This document shows, in pieces, positions 29,241 to 38,695 of a stretch of 64,000 nucleotides of DNA. Within the stretch, counting starts at the first letter, position 1; each line of letters begins with the position of its first letter. Position numbers and translations under genes: made by a program. The DNA is from Spirochaetes bacterium ADurb.Bin218. Its GTDB lineage: Bacteria; Spirochaetota; UBA4802; UBA5550. The notes beneath the pieces were generated by a model. That model was not told the DNA's origin, searched no databases, and saw only the letters and a list, made by a program, of their open reading frames with translations. The stretch lies in assembly GCA_002069965.1 (NCBI GenBank), contig MWCI01000007.1:873-64872 (forward strand), given 5' to 3'.

Positions 29241-29613
29241 AATTCTTTTACATATTCTGGACTACTTTTTTATAATTTTTCACACTCTGTGGACTCTCTT
29301 TAACATGGTGGGATGGATCTGGGAAAAAACAAGACCTCTTCACCTTTTCACAGTATCTGCAACTGCCCTTTCATGGTTTGTCCTTGGATATTTTTATGGT
29401 TGGGGCTATTGTCTATGTACTGATTGGCACTGGCAAATAAGGGAAAGCCTTGGTAAAATGCCAAAGAGCAATTCATTTATACATTTTGTTATAATTGAAA
29501 ACTTTGGCTTTAAAATTTCACCGGAAATCATAGATCTTACAGTTTTACTGACCTTTATCTTTCTATTGCTCATGTCTGTTATTCTCAACCTTAGAGACAG
29601 AAAATTTAGATGA
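29230..29613 (+). CDS. Membrane protein (DUF2784-like, tentative)
   Basis: Four hydrophobic segments with WGYCLCTDWHWQIRE between them. The ATG overlaps the lipoprotein gene by 11 nt. Confidence 0.5.
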   Translation: MENKILLHILDYFFIIFHTLWTLFNMVGWIWEKTRPLHLFTVSATALSWFVLGYFYGWGYCLCTDWHWQIRESLGKMPKSNSFIHFVIIENFGFKISPEIIDLTVLLTFIFLLLMSVILNLRDRKFR

Positions 29614-29646
29614 CTGCTAAGAATATATAATTATCTTTGATTCATT

Positions 29647-31302
29647 ATGAAAAGACTGAAGCTCATAGCCATAAATGCTCGCTTTGTGCACACAAACCCT
29701 GCCCTATTTTACTTAAAAAGATATATAAGGGATCTGGACTTTGAGACTCATATTGAGGAGTTCACAATTAAAGAAGATCCTTTTTTAATATCTAAAAGGA
29801 TATGCAGCAATAGCCCGGATATTATTGCAATCTCAGTGTATATATGGAACTCAGCAATTGTAGATAAAATAATCCCTGACATAAAGGAAAAACTACCCTG
29901 GTGCAAAATAATACTTGGTGGCCCGGAGGTTGCCTTCAATCCAGAGAGATGGATTGAGAATCACAAAGAAATAGATTATATTATATGCAACGGAGAAGAG
30001 GCCTTCAAAGGACTACTTGTTGAGGGATTAAATCTCAAAGAAAAAAAAATTTATAAGCCAAATCCTCACTTTAACGAAATACCCTTCCCTTACTCCCATG
30101 AGGACATGGATAAGTTTAAAGGCAGATTTATATACTACGAATCATCCCGTGGATGCCCCTTCAAATGCTCCTACTGCCTTTCATCAAGAAGGGATAGCGA
30201 TTTACAGTTTAAAGACATAGAAAAGATCAAGGAGGAGTTAAGCTTTTTTAAGGCTTATAATACTCCTCTTATAAAATTTGTAGACAGAACCTTTAATAGC
30301 AAAAAAGAACACTACAGAGCTATCTGGGATTACATAGTCAAAAATTTTTCAGGCACAAGATTCCATTTTGAGATATATCCAGATCTCCTTGACCAGGATG
30401 ATTTAGACTTTTTACAGAGAGTGCCCCAGGATATGTTTCAATTTGAAATGGGAGTTCAATCTCTTAATCCCAAAACTCTTGAGGCAATACATAGATCCAT
30501 AAATGAAGAAAAACTTTTGCAAAACATAAAAAAATTACAGGAGATGGGAAATATTCACCTTCACGTTGATCTCATAGCAGGCCTGCCTTATGATAGCCTA
30601 AGGGAATTCTCAAAATCCTTTGATAGAATTTATTCACTGCAATGCCATCACCTTCAATGTGGTTTTTTAAAGGTTCTTCCAGGAACAGAGATGGAAGAAA
30701 AAGGCAATGACTTTGGCATAAGTTATAATATCAAGGCGCCATATACAATTATACAAAACAACTGGATGAGCAAAGAGGATATAGCAAAACTTGAAGTTAT
30801 TGCCCGACTTCTTGATATTTATCATAACGGGGAAAAATTTACAATTACAGAAAAAAATCTACTATCCCTTTATAATTCTCCATTTAAACTCTATGAAGAC
30901 CTTGCAAATTTTATTAAAAATAAAAATTTAATCATATCAAAAGATTGGGAAAAGGCAGCTGCAATACTCATAAGCTTTAACTTGCAAAAAGCATTAATTG
31001 AAGAAAAGCTGCTCATGGACAGCCTCAGATGGGACTGGTGCAGCACAATAAAACTTCACTATTACCCTCCTCTGCTTAAGTCCGAATTCACCCATAATAT
31101 CAAAAAAAAGTGTTTCTCTTATATTGAAAAAATAATTAATGGAGATAATCCCTCAGAAAAATTTAAAACCCTAAGTAAGGGAGATCTAAAGCAATCAATC
31201 TTCTTTGCCCCTGAGACCAAGGACTTCAAGGGCACAATTCATTCTGATTATGTTATGTTTTTACCAAATAAAAAGGCTATATATTTCAATATTGAAATAT
31301 AA
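29647..31302 (+). CDS. B12-binding-domain radical SAM protein (DUF4080-type C-terminus)
   Basis: The N-terminal region is cobalamin-binding-like. YESSRGCPFKCSYC is the CxxxCxxC radical SAM cluster motif. Confidence 0.8.
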   Translation: MKRLKLIAINARFVHTNPALFYLKRYIRDLDFETHIEEFTIKEDPFLISKRICSNSPDIIAISVYIWNSAIVDKIIPDIKEKLPWCKIILGGPEVAFNPERWIENHKEIDYIICNGEEAFKGLLVEGLNLKEKKIYKPNPHFNEIPFPYSHEDMDKFKGRFIYYESSRGCPFKCSYCLSSRRDSDLQFKDIEKIKEELSFFKAYNTPLIKFVDRTFNSKKEHYRAIWDYIVKNFSGTRFHFEIYPDLLDQDDLDFLQRVPQDMFQFEMGVQSLNPKTLEAIHRSINEEKLLQNIKKLQEMGNIHLHVDLIAGLPYDSLREFSKSFDRIYSLQCHHLQCGFLKVLPGTEMEEKGNDFGISYNIKAPYTIIQNNWMSKEDIAKLEVIARLLDIYHNGEKFTITEKNLLSLYNSPFKLYEDLANFIKNKNLIISKDWEKAAAILISFNLQKALIEEKLLMDSLRWDWCSTIKLHYYPPLLKSEFTHNIKKKCFSYIEKIINGDNPSEKFKTLSKGDLKQSIFFAPETKDFKGTIHSDYVMFLPNKKAIYFNIEI

Positions 31303-31306
31303 ACCC

Positions 31307-31336
31307 TTGACATTTTTCTAATAATGTTTGTATAAT
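31307..31336 (+). promoter_or_regulatory. Sigma-70 promoter of the TetR gene
   Basis: TTGACA, 18 nt, TATAAT, with TG at the extended -10 position (TGTATAAT). Confidence 0.75.
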
Positions 31337-31381
31337 TTATCTTAAAAAAATTAACCTATTACTTCTAAATGGCGGAAACTG

Positions 31382-31999
31382 ATGGGCAGAATGGATGCAG
31401 ATCAAAGGAAAAGACAGATACTTGAGTGTGCAAAAAAGCTCTTTGCACAAAAGGGATATTATCAGACACAAATATCTGATATACAACAGGCAGCAGGAGT
31501 AGCCCGCGGGACCATATATCAGTACTTCAAAAACAAAGACGATATATTTATGACAATACTTGAAAATCTTCATTTAGAGATGAGGGATATTATTTCTTCC
31601 AAACCCGAAAATTATGAAGAGGATTTCAGCAATGCAAAGAAGGTCTTTAAATATAGAATAAGGAAAGCCTTTGCTCTATTTACCAATGATCCAGACTATT
31701 GTAATATCTTGCTTCGTGTTGGCCTTGGCCTTGGAGATAACTTTGAATGTATACTAAGGCGATTTGACAACCAGATGGTAGAACTTATTAAAGCCTATCT
31801 TATATCTGGGATTAAACTTGGAAGAATAAAGCCAGATATTGACACAGAGCTAATGTCAAATCTTATAGGCGGCGCCTTTATGCGAATGGCTTATTATTAT
31901 GGAGTCACAGGAAAGGGCCGCAAAAAAGAGGAGTTTGAAAAGCTCACAGAGGAATTTGTAGAAACCTTTGCCTATGGGATTTTTTTAGAAAAGCCTTGA
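31382..31999 (+). CDS. TetR/AcrR family transcriptional regulator
   Basis: ILECAKKLFAQKGYYQTQISDIQQAAGVARGTIYQYF is the TetR HTH. Confidence 0.9.
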   Translation: MGRMDADQRKRQILECAKKLFAQKGYYQTQISDIQQAAGVARGTIYQYFKNKDDIFMTILENLHLEMRDIISSKPENYEEDFSNAKKVFKYRIRKAFALFTNDPDYCNILLRVGLGLGDNFECILRRFDNQMVELIKAYLISGIKLGRIKPDIDTELMSNLIGGAFMRMAYYYGVTGKGRKKEEFEKLTEEFVETFAYGIFLEKP

Positions 32000-32026
32000 C
32001 AAAAGGCTTATATTTACATAAAAGTG

Positions 32027-32042
32027 AACTGACATGTCAGTT
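32027..32042. promoter_or_regulatory. Perfect 16-bp palindrome (operator candidate)
   Basis: AACTGACATGTCAGTT, with a further half-site CTGACAT at 32053-32059. It sits 3 nt after a TTGACA-17-TAAAAG promoter-like pair at 31996-32024. Confidence 0.5.
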
Positions 32043-32137
32043 GATAATATGCTGACATTTTTAGGAGTCTGCACAAGCAGCTCTTATTTTAAGTGACTTT
32101 GCTCTGCGGATCTTAAATCCTATTCATGTTATTTTAA

Positions 32138-32197
32138 AGGTGTCTAAAAAAGTCGTTCCTCCTCATCTAAGGTGACTCTTTAGACACCTGAATTTTT
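32138..32197 (+). terminator. Long-loop hairpin with T-run between the convergent TetR and helicase genes
   Basis: AGGTGTCTAAA ... TTTAGACACCT is an 11-bp perfect stem with an inner AGTC/GACT pairing, followed by GAATTTTTATC. Confidence 0.45.
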
Positions 32198-32229
32198 ATC
32201 ACTAAAGATAAAATCTTCAGATACTGATT

Positions 32230-34194
32230 TTAACTTTTTAACAAAATTTCTCTATATTTGCCTTTAAGTTCACCTATGGTGCTCACCTTTACACAATTTG
32301 GGAGTGATTTTTCAAAAATACTTCCATATTGCTTTGTCTTTATCCTTGAATCCAGAATTGCAACTATTCCTATATCTGCTGCACTTCTTATAAGTCGTCC
32401 TACACCCTGCCGCATCTTTAAAACAGCCTCCGGTATCTGAATATGGACAAAGGGATTGTGTCCTGAATTTTTACACATCTCAACCCTTGCTTCCATAACA
32501 GGCGTGTCTGGAACAGAAAAGGGGAGACGTGTTATTATTACGCATCTTAGTAGATCTCCAGGGAGATCTATACCCTGCCAGAATGAATGAGTTCCCATAA
32601 GGACAGATCCGGGATTTGCCAGATAAAGTGCAAGAGCCTTTGAGGCAGTCATCTCATCTTGAGAAAAAATGAGATTATCTATCCTCTTTGCCAGAAGAGA
32701 CTTTATATTTTTTAATGTAGAGTATGAAGTAAAAAGAATAAGACAATTACCCTCTGTAATCTTGATCATCTCTTCACAGTATTTTGCTGTAACATCTGTA
32801 TACTCACTATCATCAGGCTCTGGCAATTGCCCGCTTAGAAACATTATCATCTGCCTGGAATAGTCAAAGGGTGAGGGGAAAATTTTTTCCAGACCATCAT
32901 TAAATCCTATGCTTTCTTTAAAAAAAGAAAAATCATCTTTTACAGAAAGAGTAGCAGAAACAAAAACTGAAGATTTATAGAAAGGATAGACATCATTTAT
33001 AAATGCCCTATCTACTTTAACAGGACGAGCGTTTAAAAAAATATTCCCCAAAAGGCCCGACTCATTCTTTTCTATCCAATAAACATACTCCTCAAGGGTC
33101 TGATGTAAAAAGGCATGCAGTGAATTTTTATATGCTGTTATCCGTAGCCTTGCTGGCTCAAATACAATCTTAAAATCCTCCCCTGACTGTTCTTTGCATT
33201 CATCTAAAAGATCTACAAAGTCTTCAAGGGTTTTCAGCAAATCATATCCTGTTGGAACTTCTGACTTTATTCGTCTTGTTATCTCCTTTTCTCCAAAATC
33301 ATTTCTTAGCTTTTCAAAAAACTTATTTGCCTCTCTGCTTATTTTATCAACAAAAGCTATTGCCTTATCGCGAAAATCCTCATCCTCTATGACGTAGATA
33401 GCACCCCTGCCTTTCTTTTGATGAAAGCGCTGTAAAAGAGAAACAAGCATTTCATAATCAATAGAAAACCCCAACTGCCCAATTGCAACTGACTCCAGAG
33501 AGTGGGCCTCATCAAAGATCACAGTTTCTGTCATAGGAAGAAATGTTTTCCCTGATGCAATATTTGAAAAAAATAAATAGTGGTTTATAACTAAAACATC
33601 CGATTGCATCCATTCTCTTTTTGCAGCCATAAAGGGACAATTATATGACAAAAAACATCTTTGCTGCTCACACATCTCAGAATCCCTGCATATCTCCGCC
33701 CATATCCTAAAAGGGGCATCTGCCTCGTGAGAAGTAAAAATCTTTCTGGATTTAAATAGAGAAATTATCTTTTCTATATATTCCATGTCAGATTTTTCAT
33801 ATTCACCCTTTTTTACAAAGTGATCAAATCTCCTCCTGCATGGATAATTAGAACTGCCAAGGGCTATGGAGTATTTAAATTCCACACCTAAATATTTATG
33901 GAATATATTTTGCACAAGAGGTAGATCCTTTTCTACAAGCTGTCTCTGCAAGGCCTTTGTTTCTGTTGAAATAGCTATTTTTTCATCATTTTCCTTTGCA
34001 TGGACAATAGCTGGTATAAGGTAGGCCATTGTCTTTCCTGTGCCTGTTCCTGCCTCCACTATTGCGTTGCTATTTTTTTCCAGTGATTGAAAAATAAGCT
34101 CTGCCATCTGCTGCTGACTTTCCCTGTATTCAAAAGAGCTTAGCTCATGTTCTAAGAATCCATTTATGCCAAAAAAATCAGAAAAATCTTTCAT
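32230..34194 (-). CDS. DinG/Rad3(XPD)-family ATP-dependent DNA helicase with Fe-S domain
   Basis: AGTGTGKT is the Walker A motif and VIFDEAHSLE is the DEAH box. A four-Cys cluster (CRRR..C..C..C region) lies between them. C-terminal helicase motifs (QGVGRLIR) are present. Confidence 0.85.
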   Translation of the reverse strand: MKDFSDFFGINGFLEHELSSFEYRESQQQMAELIFQSLEKNSNAIVEAGTGTGKTMAYLIPAIVHAKENDEKIAISTETKALQRQLVEKDLPLVQNIFHKYLGVEFKYSIALGSSNYPCRRRFDHFVKKGEYEKSDMEYIEKIISLFKSRKIFTSHEADAPFRIWAEICRDSEMCEQQRCFLSYNCPFMAAKREWMQSDVLVINHYLFFSNIASGKTFLPMTETVIFDEAHSLESVAIGQLGFSIDYEMLVSLLQRFHQKKGRGAIYVIEDEDFRDKAIAFVDKISREANKFFEKLRNDFGEKEITRRIKSEVPTGYDLLKTLEDFVDLLDECKEQSGEDFKIVFEPARLRITAYKNSLHAFLHQTLEEYVYWIEKNESGLLGNIFLNARPVKVDRAFINDVYPFYKSSVFVSATLSVKDDFSFFKESIGFNDGLEKIFPSPFDYSRQMIMFLSGQLPEPDDSEYTDVTAKYCEEMIKITEGNCLILFTSYSTLKNIKSLLAKRIDNLIFSQDEMTASKALALYLANPGSVLMGTHSFWQGIDLPGDLLRCVIITRLPFSVPDTPVMEARVEMCKNSGHNPFVHIQIPEAVLKMRQGVGRLIRSAADIGIVAILDSRIKTKQYGSIFEKSLPNCVKVSTIGELKGKYREILLKS

Positions 34195-34230
34195 TGTCCT
34201 TTGTAAAACTTTTCCTTATATCTATAAATA

Positions 34231-34680
34231 TCATTTACTTTTTTTTCTCATAAATATCACAAATACTATAACAAAAATCACCAGTGGTAAAATAAATGAT
34301 GGAAGATCAAAAAAATCAGCAAGCATCGCAATAACAGGCATAACAATAAAGAGCAATGTCAATATCTTTGAAACAGGAGCATTTTCTGGAAATATTTCAC
34401 CTTCTGGTTCCTCATCAATTCCAGATGGCACTTTTGTCTCTTCCTGTGAGGCAGGGATATAATCTTTATAAGAAGGTGATTTCTCGATTTTTGTCTCAAC
34501 TCTTGACTTGCTAACTTCACCATACTCTATTGCATCTGTCTCTGAGGAAGATCGCAACAAAGACATAACGCCCTTTAATTTATTTTCATAGCCACAAGAT
34601 CCACAAACAACTGATTCGGTTCTTTCTGGAACAGTAAGACTATAACCACATCTTTTACATTTAACATTGAGATAATTCAT
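34231..34680 (-). CDS. Zinc-ribbon protein with C-terminal transmembrane anchor
   Basis: CKRCGY...CGSCGY is the zinc ribbon, followed by an acidic linker and then LTLLFIVMPVIAMLADFF..LPLVIFVIVFVIF. Confidence 0.55.
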   Translation of the reverse strand: MNYLNVKCKRCGYSLTVPERTESVVCGSCGYENKLKGVMSLLRSSSETDAIEYGEVSKSRVETKIEKSPSYKDYIPASQEETKVPSGIDEEPEGEIFPENAPVSKILTLLFIVMPVIAMLADFFDLPSFILPLVIFVIVFVIFMRKKSK

Positions 34681-34853
34681 AATCTCACCTCAAAATTATC
34701 TAATTGTGATCTCCCCTGACAATTGCTTAAGCACAATTCAGGAAAGTCAATTATTTTAAAAAGTAATAAGAAATTTGTAAAAGTAAATAAAAGTAACTTC
34801 TACTTGACATAGCTTTAAAGAGCTATTTCTTTTTAAGATAACAGGGAGGGTTA

Positions 34854-36296
34854 ATGAAAAATTTCCTAACTAAAGTTAATGATTACACATTTGAAATTCC
34901 CGCTGACTATAAAAAAGGGATGAATGTGCCAGCAAGAATATATGGCTCCGAAAATATTATAAAAACAATGGACTCTGCTGTATTTGAACAAATTACAAAT
35001 GTAGCCACTCTTCCTGGTATTATAAACTATGCCTTATGTATGCCAGATGGACATTCAGGATATGGTTTTCCAATAGGTGGTGTTGCTGCAATTCTTCCAG
35101 AAACCGGGGTAATATCTCCAGGGGGTATTGGCTTTGATATAAACTGCGGAGTCAGGCTCATTGCAACAAATCTCACGGAAGAAGAAGTGAAACCTAAAAT
35201 AAGGGAACTGGTTGATTCAATCTTTCGCCATGTACCATCAGGAGTTGGTTCTGGCGGTATAGTATCTCTCTCTCACAAAACATTTGATGAGGCTATGGTT
35301 GAAGGAGTTCACTGGGCTGTAAAAAATGGCTTTGGCCAGGACTCCGATATTGAGATGTGTGAAGAGCAGGGTAAAATTAAAAATGCAGATCCATCAAAGG
35401 TATCATCAAAGGCCAGAGAAAGAGGTGCAGAGCAAATAGGATCTCTTGGCTCAGGGAACCATTACCTTGAAATTCAATATATAAAAAAAGGACATATTTT
35501 TGACCACCAGATCGCATCTGTTTTTGGTATAAAAGAGGGCTCCATCTGCATAATGATCCATTCAGGAAGCAGAGGCTTTGGCCATCAAATAGCAACAGAT
35601 TATCTCAAGGAGTTTTCCTCTCTGCAAAAAAAATTCAACTTTTCTTTTCCAGACAGAGAGCTTGCCTCAGCGCCTTTCTTATCAGAGGAAGGCCAGAACT
35701 ATTTCAAGGCAATGAACTGTGCAATAAATATTGCCTTTCTCAATCGTCAGCTTATAAAACACCGAGTAACAGAAATATTATTTGACCTCTTTGGTAAAAA
35801 AGGAGACCTAAAGGTTAATACCGTATATGATGTCTGCCATAATACAGCAAAGCTTGAAAACTTTACTATAAATGGCAAAAATAAAACTCTCCTTATCCAC
35901 CGCAAGGGTGCCACAAGATGTCTTCCACCTGGCAGAGAGGAGCTACCATTAAAATACAGAAACACAGGTCAACCTGTAATAATTGGCGGTAGCATGGAAT
36001 CCTTCTCTTACCTGATGTGTGGAACAGAAAGCGCATCAGAGACTTTTTTCAGCACAGTGCACGGCAGTGGAAGAGTTCTATCACGCCATCAGGCAAAGAG
36101 CAAGTTTAACGGCAAATCATTAGCCTGTGACATGGAAAAAAAGGGCATCTATATAAAGACTGCATCTTACTCAGCCCTTTCAGAGGAAGCTGGTGGAGCT
36201 TACAAAAATGTAGATGAGGTTGTTGCAAGTGCAGAAAAGGCAGGCCTTGGCAAAATCGTTGCAAAATTTACTCCCATTGGAAACATAAAGGCATAA
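34854..36296 (+). CDS. rtcB: RNA 3'-phosphate ligase RtcB
   Basis: MPDGHSGYGFPIGGV, GFDINCGVR, GSGNHYLE, HSGSRGFGH and HRKGAT are present. Confidence 0.95.
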   Translation: MKNFLTKVNDYTFEIPADYKKGMNVPARIYGSENIIKTMDSAVFEQITNVATLPGIINYALCMPDGHSGYGFPIGGVAAILPETGVISPGGIGFDINCGVRLIATNLTEEEVKPKIRELVDSIFRHVPSGVGSGGIVSLSHKTFDEAMVEGVHWAVKNGFGQDSDIEMCEEQGKIKNADPSKVSSKARERGAEQIGSLGSGNHYLEIQYIKKGHIFDHQIASVFGIKEGSICIMIHSGSRGFGHQIATDYLKEFSSLQKKFNFSFPDRELASAPFLSEEGQNYFKAMNCAINIAFLNRQLIKHRVTEILFDLFGKKGDLKVNTVYDVCHNTAKLENFTINGKNKTLLIHRKGATRCLPPGREELPLKYRNTGQPVIIGGSMESFSYLMCGTESASETFFSTVHGSGRVLSRHQAKSKFNGKSLACDMEKKGIYIKTASYSALSEEAGGAYKNVDEVVASAEKAGLGKIVAKFTPIGNIKA

Positions 36297-36297
36297 A

Positions 36298-36726
36298 ATG
36301 GATTACGAGATAATAGAGGACATAACCCTTGCAGACATAGCTATTAAAGTTAGAGGTTATTCTCTTGAGGAGATCTTTATTAAAGGTGGCAATGCCCTTG
36401 TTTCCCTCATGGCGCAAGATCCCTCTTCCATTGAAAAGACAGAGATAATTCATGGTGAGATTACCTCCCATGAACTTGAGATTTTATACTTTGACTTTCT
36501 CAATGAAATTTTATACTATAAAGATGCAAAAAGGCTTATACTTATGCCTCAAAGCGTTGAAATGACCATAGATGATGATTTGTTTAGATGCAAATACAAT
36601 CTTTGTGGAGATAAAATATCACAAAAATACACCTTTAATATTGATATAAAGGCTATTACTCTCCATGGATTGAAAATTTATAAAGAGGGAGATGAATTCA
36701 TTGCTGAATCTGTCTTTGATGTATAA
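36298..36726 (+). CDS. Archease (RtcB activator)
   Basis: It starts 1 nt after the rtcB stop. LADIAIKVRGYSLEEIF and C-terminal IKAITLHGLKI fit the archease pattern. Confidence 0.8.
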   Translation: MDYEIIEDITLADIAIKVRGYSLEEIFIKGGNALVSLMAQDPSSIEKTEIIHGEITSHELEILYFDFLNEILYYKDAKRLILMPQSVEMTIDDDLFRCKYNLCGDKISQKYTFNIDIKAITLHGLKIYKEGDEFIAESVFDV

Positions 36727-36729
36727 AAA

Positions 36730-36758
36730 TTAGCATAAAATCAAAAATACTGTATAAT
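36730..36758 (+). promoter_or_regulatory. Sigma-70 promoter upstream of the second AOR-family gene
   Basis: TTAGCA, 17 nt, TATAAT, with TG extended -10 (TGTATAAT). Confidence 0.6.
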
Positions 36759-36817
36759 GTAGTTGATTTTTTCTCCCTATCTTCTAAAAAATTTCTTATA
36801 AATAAGTGAGGTTTGGT

Positions 36818-38695
36818 ATGAATACATATCTTAAAGTGCTAATTGTCGATGCTAATACTGGATTTTACAGACTATCAAGGTTCAAGGTTGGAGATTACTT
36901 TGGTCCAGTGGATCTTGGTCTTCATCTCTCAAGGCGTTATGGAAGCCTCAATATAGGCACAGGACTTCTTGCTGGTTCAATATTTCCAGGGACAAACCGA
37001 TTGATATTCTCTGGTTTTTCCCCATGCTGGAGTGGATTTTATATTTCAACAATGGGAGGCGCAGGACTTGTCTTCAACAACTTAGGTATTGACATGCTTG
37101 CCATTGCAAATAAATCAACAATGCCTTCCATACTCTATCTCAACAGAAGCCACGGAGAAGAAATTCAGGTTGCCATTCACCCTGTTGATCTCAACCAGGT
37201 TTGGTTTTCTGGAAGAGGAGGTATTTATTCACTGACTGATTATGTCCATGAAAGATTTGCAGATTCATACGATAATGATCCACGAATTCTTGTCACAGGT
37301 CCTGCTGCAGCAGCTACCGCCTTTGGTGCTATTGCCTCAATGCCAATTAAAAAGAAAGAGATTACCTATGTGGATACATGGGCAGGGCGAGGCGGTTTTG
37401 GTTCCAAAATGCTTCAGGAACATGGAATTGCTGCAGTAATATATGGAGGAACATTCATTGATGATGACTTTAGAGATAGAAAGGTTGCAGATCAATGGTT
37501 TGTTGACAAATACAATAAAAAACTTGCTGCAAAGGATCTTGAGGCAACAGCCAAATATAGGTTTGACCCTAATTTTGATACAGGGGGAACCTTTGGAGTA
37601 AACTATGCAACTCTTGGCGGCAGGATGATTTCTTTTAACTATAGAAGCATTTACTGGAGTGAAGAGAAGAGGCTTGAGATTCACGAAAAGTTTATTCGCA
37701 ACCATTATTTAAAACAGTTCAATGAAGAGACGATTAAGCCACAAAAGCAAACTACCTGTGGCGAGCCATGCGTTGCTGTGTGCAAAAAAATGAGAGACAT
37801 TTACAAAAAAGACTACGAGCCATATCAGACCATGGGACCTCTTTCTGGAATATTTGATCAAAGAGCAGCAGAAAAACTCAACCATCATGCAGACATGTAT
37901 GGCTTTGATGCCATATCTGCCGGAGGTCTGGTTGCATGGCTGATGGACTGTCTTTCAGATGGACTAATATCCCATGAGGATCTTGGTATCTCTGACAAAA
38001 AGCCAAATTTTGATCCAGACAACTTTGATGTAGTTGCTGACTCTATGAGAAATGCAGACATAGGCTGTGAAATACTTGATTCCATTATCTATAAAAGGGG
38101 AACTCTCAACCTGCAGTCAGGAGCAAGAAAACTTGCAAGAAAGCTCGCTGGAGCAAAAAGCAAAGAGATATTGGATCGCCTTGTATGCGTTGGTTTTGCA
38201 CGCAACGGATGGATGGTGCCAAACCAATACTGGACACCAGGGGTTCTCTCGCCAATGGCAATAATGGGTAAATACTTTATGTATTATGGAGAGGATTTTC
38301 TGCCACCAAGGGAGCTCGGCAGGCAGGATGCGGATCGATTCAAAAAAGAGCTTATACTGGATAACATGGGAACCTGCAGATTTCACAGAAAATGGGCGGA
38401 GGAAATTCTTCCAGAGGTAATGGGCTCCCTCTTTGGATTAGAAAAAGAGTACCTTCAGAAGATATCCAGAGCTGCAACAAGGATCAACAGTAGAAACTCC
38501 TCAATATTCTGGGAGAGCGAAAGAAATATAGATTTTATCTATACCTTCCTTAAGCGCAAGAGAGATGTTGATGGAGTAAAAAATCCAGAGCTTGATAAAT
38601 GGATAGCAGAATTTGAAAAGGATAAAAAAGAAGCTGCCCTTGAATTCTGGTATGAAATACACAAGGGAATTCAGGAGAGCCTAAGGGATTATTGA
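36818..38695 (+). CDS. Divergent aldehyde:ferredoxin oxidoreductase-family protein
   Basis: The N-terminus is AOR-like. The cluster motif CGEPCVAVC has Cx3Cx3C spacing, and NMGTCRF carries the fourth Cys. I moved the start to ATG 36818 after GTGAGG. Confidence 0.7.
   Translation: MNTYLKVLIVDANTGFYRLSRFKVGDYFGPVDLGLHLSRRYGSLNIGTGLLAGSIFPGTNRLIFSGFSPCWSGFYISTMGGAGLVFNNLGIDMLAIANKSTMPSILYLNRSHGEEIQVAIHPVDLNQVWFSGRGGIYSLTDYVHERFADSYDNDPRILVTGPAAAATAFGAIASMPIKKKEITYVDTWAGRGGFGSKMLQEHGIAAVIYGGTFIDDDFRDRKVADQWFVDKYNKKLAAKDLEATAKYRFDPNFDTGGTFGVNYATLGGRMISFNYRSIYWSEEKRLEIHEKFIRNHYLKQFNEETIKPQKQTTCGEPCVAVCKKMRDIYKKDYEPYQTMGPLSGIFDQRAAEKLNHHADMYGFDAISAGGLVAWLMDCLSDGLISHEDLGISDKKPNFDPDNFDVVADSMRNADIGCEILDSIIYKRGTLNLQSGARKLARKLAGAKSKEILDRLVCVGFARNGWMVPNQYWTPGVLSPMAIMGKYFMYYGEDFLPPRELGRQDADRFKKELILDNMGTCRFHRKWAEEILPEVMGSLFGLEKEYLQKISRAATRINSRNSSIFWESERNIDFIYTFLKRKRDVDGVKNPELDKWIAEFEKDKKEAALEFWYEIHKGIQESLRDY

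Noticed and set aside
32051-32098. Micro-ORF MLTFLGVCTSSSYFK after the palindrome, and the AGGAG at 32062.
   Set aside because: The ATG has no ribosome-binding site, and the AGGAG has no start codon 5-10 nt downstream. A 15-aa ORF cannot be supported from sequence alone.
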